Source: Octopus sinensis (lineage: Eukaryota). Taken from it: a DNA stretch of 64,000 nucleotides. Positions 12,052-23,592 of this stretch are shown here, one piece after another. The number at the start of each line of letters is the position of its first letter. The stretch's first letter is position 1. The stretch spans positions 51,770,001 to 51,834,000 of the forward strand of contig NC_043013.1 of the NCBI RefSeq assembly GCF_006345805.1, written 5' to 3'. The notes beneath the pieces were generated by a model that was not told the origin of the DNA, made no database searches, and was given only the letters and a program-made list of their open reading frames with translations. Made by a program: the position numbers and the translations under genes.

Positions 12052-12380
12052 AAAATTACTATTTTAAAATCTCGCAATGTGAGATATTCAGCAACAGTAC
12101 TTTGTAGTAAAGATTGTTTGCCAACATAACATGGCAGTCCTGGTTTAGGATTAATGTTGCTGTAATTTAGCCCCAGGAGACATCATCTCCAGTTGGCTAT
12201 ATGATGCCATCTGCATCCTTATATTTTCAAACAAGGGAATCTAGCACCCCCACTCAGCTCAAAACATTATCTGTGTATTCGTCCTAAACCAGGACTGCCA
12301 TGTTATGTTGGCAAACAATCTTTACTCCAAAGCACTGTTGCTGAATATCTCTCGTTGTGAGATTTTAAAATAGTAATTTT
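12052..12380. mobile_element. fold-back element, 99-bp arms (12052-12150 / 12282-12380)
   Basis: arms are reverse complements with a handful of mismatches. Confidence 0.8.
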
Positions 12381-12459
12381 ACCAAATTTCTTGTTTTAAA
12401 TCTTTATTCTTTAATCCACCTTCAATGCTAATTTTAGTCTTTTTCTTCTGTTTCTGCAG

Positions 12460-12502
12460 CATTGGCTGGATTCCAATAAGACTATTTCTTCTCAATTAAA
12501 AG
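12460..12502 (+). CDS. EPB41L4A: FERM exon, HWLDSNKTISSQLK-G (phase 0-1)
   Basis: tttctgcag acceptor, gtaaga donor, WLD motif. Confidence 0.93.
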
Positions 12503-12825
12503 GTAAGACATAGTTTCTGTTTTCAATTTACTCTTTCGTTCATTCAGTCATCATCATCATCATAGTCATCATTGTCACCATTTTGACCCTTTGTTTTAAA
12601 GCCCTTTATTTCAAATTATAGGGTCCACAGCTTTCATGTTCTACTTTGAGGTCCCTTATGTTTCAGACCCCTTATTTTTAATTACAGCATCCACATTGTC
12701 CTTTATTATTCTTTAAGAAATGTTAGTACCCTATATTTCTGATTATAGGTCCCATATCCTTCATAATGTACTTTGTGGTCCCATAAAATAAAAGATTTTA
12801 AATCCCCATTTATTTCTAATTTTAG

Positions 12826-12904
12826 GGTCCACATCCTTCACGCTGTATTTTGTGGTGAAGTTCTATGCAGCAGATCCTTGCAAATTACGTGAAGAAATAA
12901 CAAG
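12826..12904 (+). CDS. EPB41L4A: FERM exon, GSTSFTLYFVVKFYAADPCKLREEITR (phase 1-2)
   Basis: ttttag acceptor, gtaagt donor, KFYAxDPCKLxEEITR is diagnostic of EPB41L4A. Confidence 0.95.
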
Positions 12905-13102
12905 GTAAGTTGTATATCATAGTGAATACACAACACACACACACTCAGATATGTGCGTATGTGTAGCAGTAACTACATTGATGGTTGTGTGAGTGTGTGC
13001 GTGTGTACTGTTGGTGTAGTGTACATGTAAGAACATGTTAAAAATTGGTGAGATAAGATCTCATATATATGTATGTTTATATATGTGTATATATATATAT
13101 AT

Positions 13103-13470
13103 TACGAGCAAAACGCCCCCCCACCGTCCAATAGATGGTGCTGAGTTGTCAAACATTTAAACCAAATTTTCTCAAAACAACTTGTCCGACCATCCCATAG
13201 GCCACCCCTTTGAAAAACACTGATTTAGCCTAAATTTGAGACACCAATAAAAGACAAATTTCGACTGATGTACTTGCACGTACAAATGCACGTTCCTGTG
13301 GCTTTATTGATTGCATTCTCACCTGGAATCGATTTCTGTAATTTTTTCAAGACTTATACACGCCCTGATACCGTCGGTATCTACATATCAAATTTGAGCG
13401 CAATCGGATGGAGGATGCCTGAGATCCTTGAAGACACACAGACAGAACGGATTTTATATAATAGATATAC
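13103..13470 (+). mobile_element. possible Helentron/DINE-1-like non-autonomous element
   Basis: internal hairpin gataccg-t-cggtatc; ends acagacagaacggattttatataatagat like DINE-type 3' ends (recalled pattern). Confidence 0.4.
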
Positions 13471-13569
13471 ATATGTATTTATTCAAAATTCAAATAAGTT
13501 TATCATTATCGTTAAAAAAAATAATGATAACGAGGCCAGCAGACATAATCCAAATATGCAAAATATATA

Positions 13570-14460
13570 TTTATTTCTTTATTGCCCACAGGGGGATAAA
13601 CATAGAGGAGCAAACAAGGACAGGCAAAAAGATGAAGTCGATTACACTGACCCCAGTGCATAACTGGTATTTATTTAATCAGCCCCCAAAGGGTGAAAGA
13701 CAAAGTTGACCTTGGCGGAATTTGAACTTGGAACATAACAGGAGGCGAAATACCCGGCATTTTAACGATTCTGCCAGCTTGCTACCCTATATAATCTTTT
13801 CTACTCTAAGGCACAAGGCCTGAAATTTTTGGGGAAGCGGGGGGGGGGGCAGTCGATTAGATCAACCCCAGTATGCAACTGGTACTTAATTTATTGACCC
13901 AAGAACAAAAGGCAAAGTCAACCTCGGCAGAATTTGAACTCAGAACATAATGGCAGGTGAAATACTGCTAAGCATTTCGCCCAATATGCTAATGATTCTG
14001 CCAGCTTACCACCCTATGCAAAATATATATTAGAAGTCAGGGCACAATATGTACCTGTTTGTGTGAAAGAAGAATAAATTCTCCAAACCCATGTATCTCT
14101 CTCTATATGGAAACATGTACAGAGAATGTAGCAGAGTGAAAGATACATGATTCTGGAGAGTTCTACTCTCTTCTTTCATGCAAACAAGTACACATTGTAC
14201 TCTTTTAATATATATGTATAAAGCGGCGAGCTGGCACAAACGTTAGCAGGCCGGGTGAAATGCTTAACAGTATGTCATTTGTATTTACATTTTGAGTTCA
14301 AATTCCGCCGAGGTTGACTTTGCCTTTCATAATTAAGTACCAGTTGTGTACTGGGGTCAATCTAATTGACTTGCCCCCTTCCCCAAAATTTCGGGTCTTG
14401 TGCCTAGAGTAGAAAAGAATATTTTAAGGTGGCAAACTGGCAGAAACGTTAGCATGCTGG
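13570..14460. mobile_element. cluster of SINE family A copies, two minus (13570-14015) then plus (14220-14460)
   Basis: family A blocks in both orientations. Confidence 0.75.
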
Positions 14461-14489
14461 GTGAAATGCTTAGCCGTATTCTGTCTCCC

Positions 14490-14990
14490 ATTACTTTTGG
14501 CCTTCATCAAGGTTTTTTCATCAGTGAAGGATCAAAATATGCCGTGTTCATGCTGGTTTGCAACCTTGTTAAATAACTGTGCATGGATCAAACAGTTTTT
14601 CTGTCTTTGTAGTCATAAATTAGGCTCTTTTCAGTACATACCATTCATACTGAATGTCCTTGTAGAACGCAGCTCTGATATTCCATTCCAACACCTGAAG
14701 TTCTTTGGCAGGGGCCCTCAATGATTTTCTAGAATGATCATTGATAATATTTAGCACTTGTTGGATGAATAATGGTGTCCTTATGGTGTCTGAAAGTTTA
14801 GACTATTTTCTCTTTGATTTAGTTGAAACATTTCCACCAGAAATTTTCATTTCCATCCAAACTTTGTGAGCTAAACATTGTGCACCATTTTGATAGTTAC
14901 CAATTTCTAAATCGCTCTGTTCTACACAATATGGCAACAACAACTGCATCTCTTTCCATTTCTTGTGTTAGCATTTTATCTGTTATGAGG
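14490..14990 (-). pseudogene. decayed Tc1/mariner-superfamily transposase N-terminal half (DD37D/maT-like)
   Basis: minus-strand frames give MLTQEM.R.AV.VA, SDTIRTP.FIQQV..II.D.SRKS.RA.AKELQV and FTDEK (first catalytic Asp), with stops and frameshifts. Confidence 0.7.
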
Positions 14991-15449
14991 GATCTGAAAG
15001 AAGTAAAAAAAACAAAAAAAAACAGTTATTGATTAGAAAAGTGTAATATGCTGAAAACTGTCCTCACATATTCCTTGCAGCTTGTACTTTGCATAGTGTG
15101 TGTGTATATGTGTGTGTGTGTGTGTTATTGTTGTTGTATTCGTAATTGTATACCATGTTCTCCGTTTTTTTGTTTGTTTTTTTGTCTTTGTTGCCGTACA
15201 CATTCACTAGCTTTCTTACAAAGGGGTCTAATGCTCTAAGCTTAGACATTTTGGGGGACAACCAGATCGAACCATCTCAAGTGTAACTGCCCGAAATGGT
15301 TGTGACTTCTTGGATTTGACTGATGAAAGAAAGCCAAGAATGACCTGTGTTTCTTTGCCTGTCCTTCTAATTGTTGTTTCTCTTGTCCGCCTCTGTGTCG
15401 TGTATCTGGCCAAACGTTTTAATTCCATCTATTGCATTTTTGTTCCATT

Positions 15450-15475
<26 letters not shown>

Positions 15476-15481
<6 letters not shown>

Positions 15482-15680
15482 GTGATACCTCGCAGTACGA
15501 GTTGAATTTGTTCCATGACCAAGCTTGTTTTACGATTTACTTGTTTTACAAATCAATTTTCCCCATTGAAATTTAACTAAAATATAATTAATCCATTCCA
15601 GCCCTAAATAAAACCATCAAAAATAATTTTTCATGGGTTCTAAAACAGAAAAGGTGTAGTTACAAGTAAAATGATGGTTA
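15476..15680 (+). mobile_element. pogo/Tigger-like MITE end
   Basis: ta-tagtgatacctcgcagtacgagtt resembles CAGTGATACCTC termini; opposite end not seen. Confidence 0.4.
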
Positions 15681-15839
15681 TGAAAAAAGAGAATGCAAAA
15701 GAAATATGTAGGAAAGATGGAACAATTTGTGTGCTTGTACTGGGGATTACCGCTCGTACTTCAAGACAAAGATTTTCATGAATCTTGGCTCATTCAATGG
15801 AGCACTCATACTGTGAGGTTCTACTCTGTGTGTGCATGT

Positions 15840-16195
15840 TCCGGGTTCAGTCCCACTGCGTGGCACCTTGGGCAAGTGTCTTCTACTATAGCTTCGGGCC
15901 GACCAAAGCCTTGTGAGTGGGTTTGGTAGACGGAAACTGAAAGAAGCCCGTCGTATATATGTATATATATATATATGTGCGTGTGTGTGTTTGTGTGTCT
16001 GTGTTTGTCCCCCTAGCATTGCTTGACAACCGATGCTGGTGTGCTTATGTCCCCGTTACTTAGCGGTTTGGCAAAAGAGACCAATAGAATAAGTACTGGG
16101 CTTACAAAAGAATAAGTCCTGGGGTCAAGTTGCTCGATTAAAGGCGGTGCTCCAGCATGGCCGCAGTCAAATGACTGAAACAAGTAAAAGAGTAT
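15840..16195 (+). mobile_element. SINE family B
   Basis: matches the family B consensus. Confidence 0.85.
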
Positions 16196-16376
16196 ATTTC
16201 TTTCTTTCCTTTCCTGAGTGTCCAATAACACTATACTTGTTCCACGTCCCTGCGTTGTTGTGTTTTCTCTTTGTGTTTTCATGTTTGGATTAATTTTATA
16301 TGTATATGCATAGAAATGTATATACACGCACGCACACACATGTGTGTTAATTCTGTGTATTATTTCCTCTCTGCAG

Positions 16377-16474
16377 ATATTACTTCTTTCTCCAAATCAA
16401 AAGAGACATCTATGATGGACGTCTACCTGTCACGTTTGAAGAACTCATTGAATTGGCAGCTTACATCCTACAGT
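16377..16474 (+). CDS. EPB41L4A: FERM M-lobe exon, YYFFLQIKRDIYDGRLPVTFEELIELAAYILQ (phase 2-1)
   Basis: ctctctgcag acceptor, gtaagt donor, FLQxKxD..GRLP motif. Confidence 0.95.
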
Positions 16475-17279
16475 GTAAGTAGAACACGCACGCACACGCG
16501 CACACTAATACATTTGCACACATGCATACATCCAATTAGGAAACAGTTATTCTTTTGACATGGATGAATGGTATGTGGGTATGTCTGTGTGTGTGTGTGT
16601 AGGTCCTGCAGTGTATCTAAAAATCACCCACCTCACCTAACTTGGTGTGGTTGTCATTTTAGCCCCTCCCTTTCACTTGATCATGTAACATGTCCTAGGT
16701 CACATGTTATCATTAGCACTTATAATTAACATTACTCACGCGCGCGCACAAACCTGTTTACAGGTGTGTATAGAAAATTTGAAAAGCTATCCTCTGAAAA
16801 TGATCAATTTGTGTAATTGTGGAGTTCTACATGACAAACCTTTCGTATTCCAATCTCTGTTTAAATATAAACAGAATTAAAGACTTAAATCTTAGCATTT
16901 TCAGGTCTCGCTTTGTGTATATAAGGGAAGTAACTGTAGATAAAGGGAAGCAACTCAGGAATTCTTCTGTTGATTTGATTGCTGTTTAATATTCAAATTA
17001 ATTTTGACGTTCTCAGTTCAAATTCCGCCGAGGTTGACTTTGCCTTTCATCATTTCGGGATCGATCCTCAGTTTGTGCCTTTCCTTGTAGTCATGGTGAT
17101 CTTATTGGAGCTCCTCTTTTATTAGGTGCACTATATCATCACCGAATTGTATATTTTTTATTTCATTCAATTTCTATATAAACCCCTATATTTTATATAA
17201 CCCATCTTTGTTATATCCCCTTCATCTACATCTCCCTCACTGTGGTTATTATTAATATTATTATTATTTTTATGACTCT

Positions 17280-18331
17280 GAGGAAAGCAGTGAGCTGGCA
17301 GAATCGTTAGCACGCTGGGCGAAATGCTTAGTGGTATTTCGTCTTCTGTTATGTTTGGAGTTCAAATTCCACCGAGGTCAACTTAAGTACCAATGGAACT
17401 CCGGAGTTTATGTAATCGACTTACCCCCACCTCCCCCATGCTGTGCTTGTGGCAAAAATTTGAAATAATTATGATTATTATGACTATTATTATTATTAAG
17501 GTGGTGAGATGGCAAAATTGTTAACACACTGGACGAAATGTTTAGAGGTATTTTGTCCATCGTTATGTTCTGAGTTCAAATTATTCTGAGGTCAATTTTG
17601 CCTTTCATTTTTTCAGGGTCAATAAATTAAGTACCAGTGAGACCTTGGGGGTCGATGTAATTGACAAGTACCCTCCCTCACCACCAAAAAAATTTCAGAC
17701 CTTGTGCTTTTAGTAGAAAAGATTATCATTATTATTATTATTGTTATTATTGTTATTATTATTGTTATTATTATAGAAGCAGTGAACTGGCTGGAATGCT
17801 TAGCAGCATCTCTTCTATCTTTATGTTCTGAGTTCAAATTCTGCCATGGTTGACTTTGCCTTTCATCCTTTCGGGGTCAATGAAATAAGTACTAGTTGAG
17901 TACTGAGGTCAATGGAATCAAGTAGCCCTCTAAATTATTGACCAACCCCTCCTCTAAAATTGCTGGCCTTGTGCCGAAATTTGAAGCAATTAAAGGTAGC
18001 AAGCTGACAGAATTTGTAAGCACATGGGACAAAGTGCTTAGCAACATTTCTTCTGGTTCTTGACTTTCTAAGTTCAAATTCCACTGAGGCTGACTAAACA
18101 AAGTATGACCTAACAGGTGGGGCCCTGTTAGAATGTTTTTCAGGTTAAGTGGCCCTTCCCACTTTTTGTTCAAATTCCGCTGAGGTCAACTTTGCCTTTC
18201 ATCCTTTTGGTGTCAATAAATTAAGTACCAGTTGAACACTAGGTTCAATATAATCTACTTGTCCCCTACCTACTAATTTTCGGCCTTGTGCCTCCAGTAA
18301 AAAGGATTATTATTATTATTATAATTATCAC

Positions 18332-18373
<42 letters not shown>

Positions 18374-18845
18374 GGTGGTGAGCTGGCTGAATCGTTAGTG
18401 CATGGGATGAAATGCTTAGCGGTATTTTGCCTGTCACTACATTCTGAGTTCAAATTCCGCTGAGGTCAACTTTGCCTTTCAGCCTTTCAGGGTCAATTAA
18501 ATAAGTACCAGTTATGCACTGGGGTCGATGCAATCGACTTAATACCCACCCCCAAGCTGCTTTTGTGGCAAAAATTTGAAATCATCATCGTCATCATCAA
18601 TATTATTATTATTATTATTATCAGTATTAAGGTGGCAAGCTGGCAGAATCATTAGCACGCCAAGCAAAATGCTTAGTGGCATTTCATCAGTCTTCATATT
18701 CTGAGTTCAAATTCCGCCAAGATTGACATTGCTTTACATCATTTTGGGTTCAATAAATAAAGTACCAGTTATGCACTGAGGTTGATGCAATCAACTATAC
18801 CCCTCCCCACAAATTCTGGGCCTATGCCTATAATAGAAAGGATTA
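17280..18845 (+). mobile_element. head-to-tail array of about 7 SINE family A copies separated by (ATT)n tracts
   Basis: recurrent gagctggcagaatcgttagc..gagttcaaattcc..aagtaccag blocks, all + orientation. Confidence 0.8.
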
Positions 18846-18947
18846 CTATTATTATTATTATTATTTTTATTACCATGTATATTATTTTTATTATAATCAT
18901 TATTATACTTATCATCCTCATCCTACTCATCATCATCATCATTCCAG

Positions 18948-19068
18948 CTGAACTCGGTGACTACAACCCTAAGATACACACCGAAGGTTATGTTTCTGAA
19001 TTCCGTTTTATACAGCACCAGTCCATGGAACATGAGCAAGCCATTGCTGTTTTGCACCGAAGACTTGT
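18948..19068 (+). CDS. EPB41L4A: FERM exon, SELGDYNPKIHTEGYVSEFRFIQHQSMEHEQAIAVLHRRL (phase 1-2)
   Basis: attccag acceptor, gtaagt donor, ELGDY and GYVSEFRF motifs. Confidence 0.95.
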
Positions 19069-19484
19069 GTAAGTTCCTCTTCAACCATTTTCTTTTTCTG
19101 TTTTCTTACCAATAATCAAAGACATTTCACATATCAAAGGAGCTTAGTCCTGTCTTAGGCCCTTACCCCCAGATTTAGTTGTGTTGAATGGAATTAAAAA
19201 TTGATTATTAAGGGTGTGGGGTTGGTGGAATTGTTAGAAAATGGGATAAATACCTTGTGGTAGTTTTTCTGACTTGTTTTCTTGCTGGGTCTTTGTAATC
19301 CCACCGGGATCAACTTTGACTTCCATCCCTCCAGGGTCAGTAAATTAAAGTACCAGTCAAGTACTGGGGTTCATCTAATCAACTGGCCACCTCCCATCAA
19401 TTCAGAACATGAAAACTATATAAAAAAAAAAGATTAAGATCAAGACATTTGTCTGGCTTCATGTGTAAAGATAATTTGAAATAT

Positions 19485-19646
19485 GTATCAGGTGTGGTTG
19501 TGTGATAAGAAGCTTGTTTTCCAACCACATGGTTCCGGGTTCAATCCCACTGCATGGCACCATGGGCAATTGTCTTCTACTATTGCCATGGGCTGACCAA
19601 AGCCTTGTAGCGGATTTGGTAGATGGACACTGAAAGAAGCTCGTCG

Positions 19647-19677
<31 letters not shown>

Positions 19678-19870
19678 GTGTGTGTGTGTTTGTCCCGCCA
19701 ACATCACTTGACAACCGATGTTGGTGTGTTTACGTCCCGAAACTTAGCAATTCAGCAAAAGAGACCAATAGAATAAGCACTAGGCTTACAAAGAATAAGT
19801 CCTGGGATTGATTTCTTCGATTAAAGGTGGTGCTCCAGCATGGCCACAGTCAAATGACTTAAACAAATAA
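19485..19870 (+). mobile_element. SINE family B
   Basis: matches the family B consensus. Confidence 0.85.
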
Positions 19871-20549
19871 ATGAATGAAAGGAAAAAAGAATAAATATAT
19901 ACAATCAATATATATATATATATATATATGTATGTATATACATACATACATGCAATGAGATATAATAATATATTAATATATGAAGATATATTAAATACAT
20001 TATAATATCGGTGTCTAATAGCAATTAAAATCAAAAAGGTGAAATTAATAAATGAGAGTGGAAAATAGCACCAACAATTGCTAGAAATGAGAGCCAAAAT
20101 TTCTTTCTTTGCTGAGGTACACTCACAGAATGGAGTAAAATTATTCAGGTGGCTTATTTACAACCAAAAGGCACAAGTATAGACATCAGTAAAGGTGCTA
20201 GTCAGCCCCCAACACTGCTAGAAATAAGAGTCAGAACAACTCTAAGCTACAGGGAAGCACTTATCTAATGACCAAAAAGGGAAATTAGCTCCCTACAGCA
20301 AACAAGACAGAGCCAGATCATCAATGGTTTCAGATTTTATTAAATCTTCATAAGTGACTCTCACCTCATTGCCAAGGGCTAAACCTAACTCGCCTTGTCA
20401 GGTTATAGAAACACTGTAGGAATCAGAGGCTGATTCCATAAATGGTAAAAGTGTTGGTCTTTAGGTAAATGCATCTCTGAGGCTAAGAGTTGTTCTGGCT
20501 CCTATTTCTAGCACCCTTGGTCACTATAGTAACATATATATATTGATAA

Positions 20550-20726
20550 AAAATGGCAAGACAACAAAGTATGAAAGAGACCTCGATATTATGTAAATAG
20601 AGGAATTTATCTGTAAATGTAATATGTGACAATTATTCGGTAGCCATGATAAAACTCCGAGTTTCCACCCCGGCATCCAAAACTCAGGGTGTTATCATGG
20701 TTACCAAATAATTGTCACATATTACA
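20550..20726. mobile_element. repeat fragment with terminal fold-back (20618-20652 / 20691-20726); second copy at about 22190-22300
   Basis: gacaacaaa..gaaagagacctc..aaatagaggaatttatctgtaaat shared between copies. Confidence 0.65.
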
Positions 20727-20968
20727 TCTATATATATATATATATTTAGGTGTGTGAGAGAGTTGGTATGTGAAAGCACGTGGTTAGATGTATAAAAAAT
20801 AAAATAGAATGAAAAATCTACAGATTTGTATTACATGGTTAAAAAATATATTCAAATCGTTATATCATTTTCCTAACATGACAATTTTAATATATTTTTT
20901 AACCGTATAATACAAATCTTCTGTAGTTTTTTCATTCTATTTTGTTTTATATATATATATATATATAT

Positions 20969-21363
20969 TGTAAAGTATAAAAGCCATCTCAATATGGCTA
21001 ACCACAAAGGGGGGTGTTACTGTAGCTTTTTAGCCCCGGGAGATCATCGTCTCCAGCTTTCTTTAGACACACTTTCTGTGCCCTTAAAGTATTTGTAAAG
21101 GGAGGCCATCCCTTTCTCGTAAGCCTGAGTGATACGCACCAGACCGGTTTCAAGATTATTGTCTCTTATTAACGGGCGGTAATCACCAGATCACGATGAA
21201 AGACAAGGCCATTGAGAAAGGGATGGCCTCCCTTTGCAAATACCTCAAGGGCACAGAAAGTGTGTCTAAAGCCAGCTGGAGACGATGATCTCCTGGGGCT
21301 AAAAAGCCACATAACACCCCCCCTTTGTGGTTAGCCATATTGAGATAGCTTTTATACTTTACA
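20969..21363. mobile_element. fold-back element, 150-bp arms (20969-21118 / 21214-21363)
   Basis: tgtaaagtataaaagccatctcaatatggctaaccacaaaggggg.. pairs with its reverse complement. Confidence 0.85.
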
Positions 21364-21525
21364 TTGTCGAGCGATTACTGTTTACATCTTGTTCTGAGAT
21401 TTAATAATGCTTATATATGTATTGTTATGCATAAATATCTGTTTGTGTATCCATAAAATATATATAGATACCACACACATGTATGCATGCACATGTATAT
21501 AATCAATTATGATGTATACTTATAG

Positions 21526-21613
21526 GGGTCAAGTTCCTGCTGTGGCAGAATACAGATTCTTGGAGAAAGCCAAATGGTTAGAAATGTATGGCGTTGATCT
21601 TCATCCTGTGAAG
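21526..21613 (+). CDS. EPB41L4A: FERM exon, [29 protein letters not shown] (phase 2-0)
   Basis: ttatag acceptor, gtaagg donor, [11 protein letters not shown] motif. Confidence 0.95.
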
Positions 21614-21914
21614 GTAAGGTAGAGAGATTTATGATTTTATATATATATATATATATAATTCTTGTAATTGGTTTGCAAAATTACTAATATGAATCCATGT
21701 GTTGAAACAGATTTCGTTGGATCTTGCAAAAGTCATTGAGCCAATAATTGGCATAATGACCCTACCAAGATAGATACAACAATATATATGTATATTTTCT
21801 TATTATTATTATTATTATTATTATTATTTATTATGATAAATGTAAATAAACTAATGTGTGTTTTAGAAGCGTTGAAATGTGATTGTGAGATACAAATAAG
21901 ATAAGTTTTTTCAT

Positions 21915-22130
21915 AGGCATAGGAGTGGCTATGTGGTAAGTAGCTTGCTTACCAACCACATGGTTCTGGGTTCAGTCCCACTGCATGGCACCTTGGGCAA
22001 GAGTCTTCTACTATAGCCTCGGCCGACCAAAGCCTTGTGAGTAGATTTGGTAGACGGAAACTGAAAGAAGCCCATCGTATATATGTATATGTATGTGTGT
22101 GTATATGTTTGTGTGTCTGTGTTTGTCCCC
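21915..22130 (+). mobile_element. SINE family B, 3'-truncated
   Basis: matches the family B head. Confidence 0.8.
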
Positions 22131-22133
22131 CCT

Positions 22134-22185
<52 letters not shown>

Positions 22186-22326
22186 TATTAATAGTAATGG
22201 TATGACAACAAAAGAATGAAAGAGACCTCAGTATTATGTAAATAGAGGAATTTATCTGTAAATATAATGTGACAATTATTCGGTTGCCATGGTAAAACTT
22301 ATATAAAGCTGTCATTCTGTTGGCAG

Positions 22327-22415
22327 GGTGAAAGCAACATGGAGTACATGCTTGGAATTACACCAGCCGGAATTATTTTGCACAAGAACAAAAATAAGGT
22401 TGGGAACTATTTCTG
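22327..22415 (+). CDS. EPB41L4A: FERM C-lobe exon, GESNMEYMLGITPAGIILHKNKNKVGNYF-W (phase 0-2)
   Basis: ttggcag acceptor, gtgagt donor, EYxLGxTPxG motif. Confidence 0.95.
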
Positions 22416-22856
22416 GTGAGTATCATATTATCTATACACCTGTGTAGGCTGTAGTTGTGAAGTTACAGTGGTGTTTTGGCTGCAGTAGTTGAGTGGTGTT
22501 AGTACATAGATTGTAGTGTTTGTTGTAATGGGATGAATGTACAGGCTGCAGCAAAATACCTTCCTGGATTCGCCATTGTTAATGAAAGTTTTGACAAGAA
22601 ACGCATCATATACATCAATCTGAACTACAATGGCCACTGAAAGATAAATGGTAAAGTATTAGCTACATGAAGACACCATTAACATCTTCTTAACTCTACT
22701 AGCACTACACTAATGGCTGTTTAAAATATGGGAGGTTTTTCTGCCTCATCATGTCACATGTAGATTAGAATAGAAATATCTGTAGTGTGTAGGCTGTGAA
22801 GTGAAGTCAGGGTATAAGATGTAGTAGTGCACATATATTACCGTGTATAAGATGTA

Positions 22857-23090
22857 TAAGGCAGTGAGCTGGCAGAAACATTAGCACACCGGGCGAAATG
22901 CTTAGCAGTATTTCGTCTGTCATTACGTTCTGAGTTCAAATTCCGCCGAGGTCGACTTTGCCTTTCATCCTTTCAGGTTCGATAAATTAAGTACCAGTTA
23001 CGCACTGGGGTCGATGCAATCGACTTAATCCCTTTGTCTGTCCTTGTTTGTCCCCTCTGTGTTTAGCCCCTTGTGGGCAATAAAGAAATA
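22857..23090 (+). mobile_element. full-length SINE family A with ataagatgta target-site duplication
   Basis: consensus match; repeat on both flanks. Confidence 0.85.
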
Positions 23091-23199
23091 AGATGTAGTA
23101 GTGCATAGATGAAAGAAGAGGTGGGAGGGGATAGCAATGGTCATTGACAGGATCAGAGGAAGAGGAAGGGAAATTTGGACTTCTACTGGGGTAAGCATG

Positions 23200-23430
23200 G
23201 TGGTGAGGGTATTAATGCTGCTGATGATGATGAGGAGGAGGAGGTGGTGGTGGTGATGATGGTAGTGAGGAAGAGGAGGGTAGTGACAGCGATGATGATG
23301 GTGATGATAGTGATCATGGAGATGATGGTGATGATAGTGAGGAAGAGGAAAAAAAGACGGATGGTAATAGTGAAGACAAATTTGGTGATTGTCCTGGTGA
23401 TGATGAGGATGATAATGATTAAGGTAACAA
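23200..23430. repeat. (GAT/GGT/GAG)n low-complexity tract
   Basis: direct reading. Confidence 0.85.
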
Positions 23431-23528
23431 TAATCCTTCTTCCTCATTTTCTGAAATCCCCCCCCCCCAACAAAAATAGCCAAATTTTTATTCATGATGT
23501 ACTTCTGTTCCATTCTGTTTAATTCCAG

Positions 23529-23592
23529 GCCAAGAATTACCAAAGTGCGTTTCAAAGACAAAATATTTTCCATTAAGGTCAAAGACAGAAAT
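23529..23592 (+). CDS. EPB41L4A: FERM C-lobe exon, PRITKVRFKDKIFSIKVKDRN (phase 2-0)
   Basis: attccag acceptor, gtaagt donor, WPRITKVxFK motif. Confidence 0.95.
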
